From: a virus
IMG/VR virus record: IMGVR_UViG_3300047557_003310
Location: 68,825 to 132,824 of that record
DNA: 64,000 nt
Strand: one strand, 5' to 3'
The notes under the pieces were generated by a model, which saw only the letters and a list, made by a program, of their open reading frames with translations, searched no databases and was not told where the DNA came from. This document shows positions 57,773 through 64,000 of the stretch, piece after piece. Both the position numbers and the translations under genes were made by a program. Numbering within the stretch: the stretch's first letter is position 1; the number at the start of each line of letters is the position of its first letter.

Positions 57773-58534
57773 ATGGCAAGAAGAAGAAAGACCTCTGACG
57801 AATACCAACCTATTGGAGTTGGTATGACAGCAAAGCAGATGAAAAGAAGAAAACCAATTAATTCTGATTTGCTATTAGATATAGAACCACTTACAGAAAA
57901 TCAAAAAAAATTATTTGATTTTTATGATGAAGGAAAACATTTAGTTGCATATGGTGCTGCTGGAACTGGCAAAACATTTGTGATCTTATATAAGGCATTA
58001 CAAGAAGTATTGAATGACAAAACTCCATATGAAAAAATTTATATTATTCGTTCTCTAGTTCAAACTCGTGAGATTGGATTTTTGCCTGGTGGACACGAAG
58101 ATAAAAGTGCATTATTTGAAATTCCATATAAGAACATGGTAAAATACATGTTCCAACTTCCATCAGATGAAGACTTTGAAATGCTATATGGCAATTTGAA
58201 ATCACAAGAAACTATTAAATTCTGGTCTTCTAGTTTTTTGAGGGGAACTACATTTGATAATTGTATTATCATTGTAGATGAATTCCAAAATATGAATGGA
58301 CACGAAAATGACTCCATTATTACCAGAGTTGGAGAAAACTGTAAGATTATGTTTAGTGGAGACGCTACTCAAAGTGATCTAGTTCGTCAAAATGAAAGAA
58401 ACGGAATTCATGATTTCATGAAAGTTCTCAACATTATGCCATCATTTGAATGCGTAGAATTTGGGATTGATGATGTCGTTAGATCTGGTTTGGTTAAAGA
58501 ATATTTGGTTGCAAAACACTCTCTTGGCCTTTGA
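57773..58534 (+). CDS. phoH: PhoH-like ATPase
   Basis: GAAGTGKT, REIGFLPG, LRGTTFD, VDEFQN, GDATQSD. Confidence 0.95.
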   Translation: MARRRKTSDEYQPIGVGMTAKQMKRRKPINSDLLLDIEPLTENQKKLFDFYDEGKHLVAYGAAGTGKTFVILYKALQEVLNDKTPYEKIYIIRSLVQTREIGFLPGGHEDKSALFEIPYKNMVKYMFQLPSDEDFEMLYGNLKSQETIKFWSSSFLRGTTFDNCIIIVDEFQNMNGHENDSIITRVGENCKIMFSGDATQSDLVRQNERNGIHDFMKVLNIMPSFECVEFGIDDVVRSGLVKEYLVAKHSLGL

Positions 58535-58582
58535 CACAGAAAATTTCCTGTGGTATAATATGAGTATCAATTTTTATTTGGA

Positions 58583-59293
58583 ATGTTAAATATTAAACCC
58601 GATAGAAAAAATTTCAATCACATTGACATTGAATTCCCAATACTGCAAAGAGAAACTATTGATGGTTCTAGGTATTATAAAATTGTAGGTGACGAATCGC
58701 CAAGAAAATTTATTTCTGTTACAACTGTAACTTCTCATTATAATAAAGAAAAGTTTGCTCAGTGGAGAAAACGAGTAGGAGAAGAAAAAGCTAATTTAAT
58801 CACAAAAGCTGCCACTTCTCGTGGAACTGGTATGCACTTCTTGGTTGAAAATTATCTTTTGAATTTAGACATTCCCACATCTTTTGCTCCTCTTCCAAAA
58901 ATGTTATTTGATGTAGCAAAAACAGAGTTGAATAAGATTGATAATATCATAGCAATTGAGCGTTCAATGTATAGTGAATATTTTCAATTGGCTGGTACAG
59001 TTGATACTATTGCAGAATATGATGGAAAATTAAGTGTTATTGATTATAAAACATCAGAAAAACCAAAGCCAAGAGAATGGATTGAAAACTACTTTGTTCA
59101 AGCTGCAGCATATTGCTTTATGCTAAAAGAGTTGACTGGCAAAGAAGTAGAACAACTTGTAATTATCATGGCATGTGAGAATGGTGAAGTTAAGACGTAT
59201 ATTGAAACTGACATCCCCAAATATATTAAATTACTTGTAAAATATGTAAAAAAATTCACTCAAGATAAGTTAAAAGAATATGAATCCGTCTGA
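58583..59293 (+). CDS. PD-(D/E)XK exonuclease
   Basis: SVTTV, RGTGMH, AGTVD, IDYKTS, QAAAY. Confidence 0.85.
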   Translation: MLNIKPDRKNFNHIDIEFPILQRETIDGSRYYKIVGDESPRKFISVTTVTSHYNKEKFAQWRKRVGEEKANLITKAATSRGTGMHFLVENYLLNLDIPTSFAPLPKMLFDVAKTELNKIDNIIAIERSMYSEYFQLAGTVDTIAEYDGKLSVIDYKTSEKPKPREWIENYFVQAAAYCFMLKELTGKEVEQLVIIMACENGEVKTYIETDIPKYIKLLVKYVKKFTQDKLKEYESV

Positions 59294-59543
59294 AGAATTA
59301 AAAAAGGAACTACAGAAAAAGTTTTTATGTCAAGATAAATTTGCACAAGAAATAGAAACTCTTGTGCAAAAAAATCCAGAATATAACTATATCAATGCAA
59401 TAGTAGAATATTGTGAACGAAATAATATTGACATAGAATCTGTGTCTAAGCTAATTTCCAAACCATTAAAAGAAAAATTAAGATGGGATGCTATTCAATT
59501 AAATTTTCTTAAAAAAACTTCTAGAGCAAAATTACCATTATAA
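59280..59543 (+). CDS. gp33: Late transcription coactivator (gp33)
   Basis: YINAIVEYCE...LISKPLKEKL..A..LNFL; synteny with gp59 and gp32. Confidence 0.85.
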   Translation: MNPSEELKKELQKKFLCQDKFAQEIETLVQKNPEYNYINAIVEYCERNNIDIESVSKLISKPLKEKLRWDAIQLNFLKKTSRAKLPL

Positions 59544-59550
59544 TAATTTA

Positions 59551-60147
59551 ATGAAAGTGACACCACATGAAACATACAAAACATATCTTGCTATTAAGCA
59601 ACATTTTACTAATGATACATATGATTTCATAAAATATAATGGGAAAATAAAAGCTTCAGTTGAATCGTTTCATAAAAGAAAAGACAGATTGTTTTTCGAA
59701 AAACTATCTAGAAAAAATAAAGACGAAGAAATTGTAGATTTTTTTGTTTCTAATTTTATATCTTCACATGATCCATCTTCTTTATGGATTGGTGATATAA
59801 TTAAAAATGGAAATGAAAATTATTTAGATTGGCAGAAAAAAACACAATCATTAAGTTATTTGTTTGAGCAAGATCTGAGAAAAGTATTTGAAGGAAAAAA
59901 TTTCCTTGAGTTTCTTAATATAGAAAATAACAAACATCCTAAGATTTTAAAAGAATACTTGTCTGATAATCTGATGTTAGAGACCATGGTAATTTTAGAT
60001 CAAATGTTAAATTATAGAGAAAAATTTGATTTAAAATTAATTGATCCAGTTTGGGAATTAGTGTCTAAAAAGATAAAAAAATATTCTCCATTTTTAAAAG
60101 TAGATATGGATAAATACAAAAATATTCTACGAAAAGTATTATTGTGA
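59551..60147 (+). CDS. gp59: Helicase loader (gp59)
   Basis: YLAIKQHFT..YDF.KYNGK, FHKRKDRLFFEKL. Confidence 0.88.
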   Translation: MKVTPHETYKTYLAIKQHFTNDTYDFIKYNGKIKASVESFHKRKDRLFFEKLSRKNKDEEIVDFFVSNFISSHDPSSLWIGDIIKNGNENYLDWQKKTQSLSYLFEQDLRKVFEGKNFLEFLNIENNKHPKILKEYLSDNLMLETMVILDQMLNYREKFDLKLIDPVWELVSKKIKKYSPFLKVDMDKYKNILRKVLL

Positions 60148-60476
60148 GTTTTTTTGAATCAGATATAGTAAAAGCAGAATTAAAAGAAATTGGCCATTTG
60201 CAAGAAAAGATAGCCTCAAATGTTATTTCTTTTGGTTCGATGTCAAAAGAAATTAAATTAGAACATATAAAAACATTAGAGTCTTTACTTGAAAAACAAA
60301 AAGTTTTATATACTAGATTGAGTCTTTCTGACGATCCAGATGCAATCGATATGAAACAAAAATTAAATGAATCTGTTAAAATAATTGGAATTGATTCCAA
60401 GTCAGATATAAATCAAGTCTTTAGTAATATTACAACCTTAATTAAAACAATCAAAATGCAGTTGCAGGATGACTGA
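60144..60476 (+). CDS. Conserved cyanophage hypothetical protein
   Basis: FFESDIV...LLEKQ..YTRLSLSDDP. Confidence 0.7.
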   Translation: MSFFESDIVKAELKEIGHLQEKIASNVISFGSMSKEIKLEHIKTLESLLEKQKVLYTRLSLSDDPDAIDMKQKLNESVKIIGIDSKSDINQVFSNITTLIKTIKMQLQDD

Positions 60477-60547
60477 GGTTGTGCTATAATGTGAATGGGC
60501 TTTGGAACCCTAAAGTCGCCAATCGTATAAATCGTATCTAGCGTAAC

Positions 60548-61486
60548 ATGAATTTTAAAGATCTAAAAAAACAGTCTTCACTTGGTAGCCTCACTGAAAA
60601 ACTTCTAAAAGAAGCAGAAAAAATGGGTGCTGCAAATGCTGGAGACAACCCAAATCTGTTCAAATTAGAGACAGACAAAGCAGGAAATGGTCGTGCAGTC
60701 ATTCGTTTTCTTCCTGCTCCACAAAACGAAGATCTTCCTTTTGTGAAACTGTATAACCACGGGTTTCAGGTAAACAATCGTTGGTTTATTGAAAATTGTC
60801 CAACAACACTTGGAGAAGAGTGTTGTGTTTGTTCTTTGAATGGTCAACTCTGGAACTCCGGACTAGATTCGGATAAAGAAATTGCTCGTGCAAGGAAGCG
60901 CAAGCTTAGCTATTACGCAAATGTTTACATTGTAAGTAATCCAGCTGACCCTTCACTTGAAGGTCAAGTTAAAATTTTCAGGTTTGGCGCAAAAGTATTT
61001 GATAAAATCAAATCTGCAATGAAACCAGAATTTGAAGATGATCCAGTAATTGATCCATTTGATTTCTGGGGAGGTGCTAATTTCCGACTTCGCGTAAAGC
61101 AAGTTGCTGGCTATCCAAATTATGATGATAGTGTATTTGAGTCTCCATCAGCACTATTAAATGGGGATGATGATGAGCTAGAAAAACTTTGGAAATCAGA
61201 GTTTTCACTACAAGAACTGATCTCTCGTGATAAATTTAAGTCCTCTGATGATCTACAGAAACGACTTAATTATGTTCTAGGAACAAGTTCTGCCTTAAGT
61301 TCCATTCGTGAGCAAGAAGATGAACTAGAATCTCTAGTTGAAAGTACATCTAAAGAAGATGATATCATGAAAGAACTAGAAGAATCATACTCTAGAATTA
61401 AATCTACTTCTACTCAAATTCCAGTTCAACAAGAAGATGAGGACGAAGAAGATGCATTAGCTTATTTTAGTAAACTAGCTGAATAA
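60548..61486 (+). CDS. gp32: Single-stranded DNA-binding protein (gp32)
   Basis: GNGRAVIRFLP, IENCPTT, PFDFW.GANF, acidic tail. Confidence 0.95.
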   Translation: MNFKDLKKQSSLGSLTEKLLKEAEKMGAANAGDNPNLFKLETDKAGNGRAVIRFLPAPQNEDLPFVKLYNHGFQVNNRWFIENCPTTLGEECCVCSLNGQLWNSGLDSDKEIARARKRKLSYYANVYIVSNPADPSLEGQVKIFRFGAKVFDKIKSAMKPEFEDDPVIDPFDFWGGANFRLRVKQVAGYPNYDDSVFESPSALLNGDDDELEKLWKSEFSLQELISRDKFKSSDDLQKRLNYVLGTSSALSSIREQEDELESLVESTSKEDDIMKELEESYSRIKSTSTQIPVQQEDEDEEDALAYFSKLAE

Positions 61487-61491
61487 TTTAC

Positions 61492-61515
61492 AAGGAGCCG
61501 AAAGGCTCCTTTTTT
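61492..61515. terminator. Intrinsic terminator between convergent gp32 and gp53
   Basis: AAGGAGCC-GAAA-GGCTCCTTTTTT. Confidence 0.85.
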
Positions 61516-62509
61516 AATTCATTAATCTTATATTTTCTCCTTTCTTCAACGTTTCATTTATATATTGTTGTCCACCTTCTTTGTATGGATAATTTACTTC
61601 AACGTCATTTAGAATTACATTCAGATAATTTTGTTTTAGTAAAAATATATTTCTTTTATCATCTTCAATTTTAGATTCATATTCGTAGTTAGTTACTGGT
61701 ACAGTAAATTCAGATGATGGTATATTAATTACTTCTCCTTTTTTGCTGTCATAATATTGATAATAATATACGTTACTATTTGTGTATTTTTGTTCTGGAG
61801 TATAGATGATTTTTTCTTTCCCAGTTAGAATTGGCTCTTGCGTAGTATTTGGAATTTCACACTGTAAATAATTTACAAGAGATGTACCAGGATTAACTAT
61901 CACATATTTGACAGTAAATTTACCATTAAAGGAGTTATTATCAAAATTTTTGAGTTCTATTTCATCATTTACATTAATATTATTAATAGGAACTTGTGGA
62001 ATTATTGTTAAAGTTCTAGTTGGTGCATCATAAATTGTAAATGATATTAATGTTTCAAATCCATAGATAAAATTACCATTTTGAGACCACGAATTATTGA
62101 TAATGATTCCTTCTTCGAGTAATATTTCCCCAGAAGAAGTTTTTAATTCGGTAGTTTCGTAATGGTGAATTCCACTATAAAGATTTTCATAAGATCCATA
62201 TCTTTCTAATAATATTCTATCAAATGCAGTTTGCGGTAATGGCCACTCCGTTTGAATGTTTAAAATATTATTTGAAAGAAGTATCACCCAATCAAGAGTT
62301 TCATCGCCATAAATTTTGTAAGCTACATTATCTGGCCTTTCGTCTCCGATAATTTTGTATTTGGTGAAGTATTGTAGATCACCAAATATATCTTCACGGA
62401 GTTTTCCTCTTTTGAATAAATTTTTTACTGTGATATAGTCTGATATTTTTGCGTCGGGTAAGCGACTCACATAATCAAAATCTGGTATACCTCTAAAATA
62501 AGATGCCAT
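61514..62509 (-). CDS. gp53: Baseplate wedge subunit (gp53)
   Basis: ERPDNVA..YG...DWVILL.NNI, IHHYET, VTNYEYE. Confidence 0.85.
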   Translation of the reverse strand: MASYFRGIPDFDYVSRLPDAKISDYITVKNLFKRGKLREDIFGDLQYFTKYKIIGDERPDNVAYKIYGDETLDWVILLSNNILNIQTEWPLPQTAFDRILLERYGSYENLYSGIHHYETTELKTSSGEILLEEGIIINNSWSQNGNFIYGFETLISFTIYDAPTRTLTIIPQVPINNINVNDEIELKNFDNNSFNGKFTVKYVIVNPGTSLVNYLQCEIPNTTQEPILTGKEKIIYTPEQKYTNSNVYYYQYYDSKKGEVINIPSSEFTVPVTNYEYESKIEDDKRNIFLLKQNYLNVILNDVEVNYPYKEGGQQYINETLKKGENIRLMN

Positions 62510-62511
62510 TT

Positions 62512-63891
62512 TTAGTAACCTATTTGATCGTCTGCTATGTCCTTATCTTGATAGTCATTCCAATATACTGGTTCTAGTTCTGTAAACGACATTGTTAAAT
62601 CATATGATGACATAGTACCAGCAGTATCATTATATGTCATATATGTACCAGATGGAGTATAATTAACACCAAAACTTCTTAGAGCGCAAGTTTTAAATAA
62701 ATTCAATGATTTATGTGTCGTATTATCTGCATTATTTTTTTCGTCTTTTCCTCTAATATATTTTATGTTGAATACATCTGGAGTTTCTAGAAATAAATTT
62801 CCGACAGATTTCTGAGCTGCCATGTGTTCTTTAAATTTTCTTATTATTCTTCTTACTATTTTACCTTCTCTTTCAGTTCTAGGAGTAAGTTTGAAATTGA
62901 AAGTAAAATTTCTCAGGTCCGGTGATTCAAATAATAAATTCAAATTTGGATTTGTTATTGCTCCTGCAGTTCTGGATAATAAATTAGTATTTGAACTCAC
63001 TGCCATTTTTGCTATGTATTTTTGAACTGCAGTTACTACTGCTGGGCTTACTGGTTCTCCTTCTACTCCTCTTATTGTTTCACCAAATTTATTTGCCATT
63101 TGAGTCATGTAATCAGTTCCAGTTGAATTCATTACGCCGAGACTAATATTTGCTCCCATCATTTCCAATATTCCCATTTTAGAATCATTCCATGTAACTG
63201 TGTTTGTATCATTTATAGTTGGTTGAATTGGGAGAACTATCGTTCCGATGGGCTTTTTGGGATACGAACTTCTCTGTTCAAATAATAAATTGTTGTCTGA
63301 TAGTGTCTGTGAAATATATTCAAATACTTCAAATTTTATATAATCTTGGCCATTTTCAGCAATTTTTTCTGGATATCTTAATATTTCAAATGTTTTCTCT
63401 GGCGAACCTGACTTTGCAAAATTAATTTCTTCTGGTGATGAAATTGATCTTATGTCTGTTGGGGACTCATCATCTCCGCTGCCTGTGTTATTATCTGGTG
63501 GTGGTGGTGGTGGTGGAGTCCAATCTATAGACTTTGCTTTATCTGCCAGTATTTTTTGTGTTGATTCTTGTATTAATAAAGTAGTTGTATTACTATACCC
63601 AAAATTAGCCACATATAAACTATCATCAGCTATTTCTTGTACACTATCTGCAGTTGCGCACTGCCCTGATCCATCACGACATCCATTTGGATTTGAAGTA
63701 GTGGGATATCTAAATTCAATTGTATCCACATCATTGACTCTCATCTCTAAGTTTTTTACTGCTTGATTTGCACTATTTACTTTTAGTTCAGTCCAATCTA
63801 ATTGCATAGATTTTCCATTAGGGGGTTTGTTTATCTTCACCCTTCCTGTTGGAATTGTTGTAGATTTTACTGACCAAGTACCATTAGCCAT
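62512..63891 (-). CDS. gp48: Baseplate tail-tube cap (gp48-like)
   Basis: LRYP, NPNLNLLF..P.LR.F.F.FKL.P, VNYTP, MSFTELEP. Confidence 0.75.
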   Translation of the reverse strand: MANGTWSVKSTTIPTGRVKINKPPNGKSMQLDWTELKVNSANQAVKNLEMRVNDVDTIEFRYPTTSNPNGCRDGSGQCATADSVQEIADDSLYVANFGYSNTTTLLIQESTQKILADKAKSIDWTPPPPPPPDNNTGSGDDESPTDIRSISSPEEINFAKSGSPEKTFEILRYPEKIAENGQDYIKFEVFEYISQTLSDNNLLFEQRSSYPKKPIGTIVLPIQPTINDTNTVTWNDSKMGILEMMGANISLGVMNSTGTDYMTQMANKFGETIRGVEGEPVSPAVVTAVQKYIAKMAVSSNTNLLSRTAGAITNPNLNLLFESPDLRNFTFNFKLTPRTEREGKIVRRIIRKFKEHMAAQKSVGNLFLETPDVFNIKYIRGKDEKNNADNTTHKSLNLFKTCALRSFGVNYTPSGTYMTYNDTAGTMSSYDLTMSFTELEPVYWNDYQDKDIADDQIGY

Positions 63892-64000
63892 CAGAAATCC
63901 TCCCCAAATACAGGAAGATTAATCATCTCAATTTTTCGTAGAGTATGAGACATTTATATTAGTTTTATATTTATTTATCTCTTTGAGATGAATACTGGAT

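Noticed and set aside
58583-59293. Cas4-like nuclease as part of a CRISPR system
   Set aside because: Sits in the usual phoH-exonuclease-gp33-gp59 core block, lacks the Cas4 Fe-S cysteine set, and has no array nearby
63496-63516. (GGT)n microsatellite
   Set aside because: Encodes an in-frame poly-proline linker in gp48
397-63766. Many alternate-frame and antisense ORFs in the track (e.g. 464-895, 6984-7331, 12064-12396, 33030-33701, 46217-46561)
   Set aside because: Nested in well-supported genes or tRNAs, with no motifs or SD; expected shadows of codon bias

Overview
A 64-kb segment of a T4-like cyanomyovirus genome (Kyanoviridae-type; a freshwater lineage is plausible but not provable here). 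It is AT-rich, densely coded and almost all on the + strand. Core genes: gp61 primase, nrdA, nrdB, nrdC, thyX, phoH, an exonuclease, gp33, gp59, gp32, and gp53/gp48 on the - strand. Auxiliary genes: psbA, psbD, two hli, petF, pstS, a Som-type porin, gnd, speD, a peroxiredoxin, and an 11-kb GDP-fucose/heptose/glycosyltransferase island. There are 8 canonical tRNAs, 2 aberrant tRNA-like RNAs and several structured RNAs (manA-like, PhotoRC-II-like, glutamine riboswitch). Highlights: (1) nrdA is fractured at its catalytic cysteine by a naturally split intein, with a free-standing GIY-YIG endonuclease between the halves; (2) psbA carries two related ORF-less group I introns whose removal gives a 360-aa D1; (3) several free-standing endonucleases sit behind a late-promoter-in-hairpin switch, and one has a candidate antisense sRNA; (4) dispersed ORFs carry T4 capsid-targeting-like N-termini or shared acidic end domains, suggesting packaged, injected effectors; (5) candidate host regulator sites (Pho box, NtcA, HLR1/RpaB) precede matching phage genes. 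All family assignments come from recalled motifs; no database search was run.
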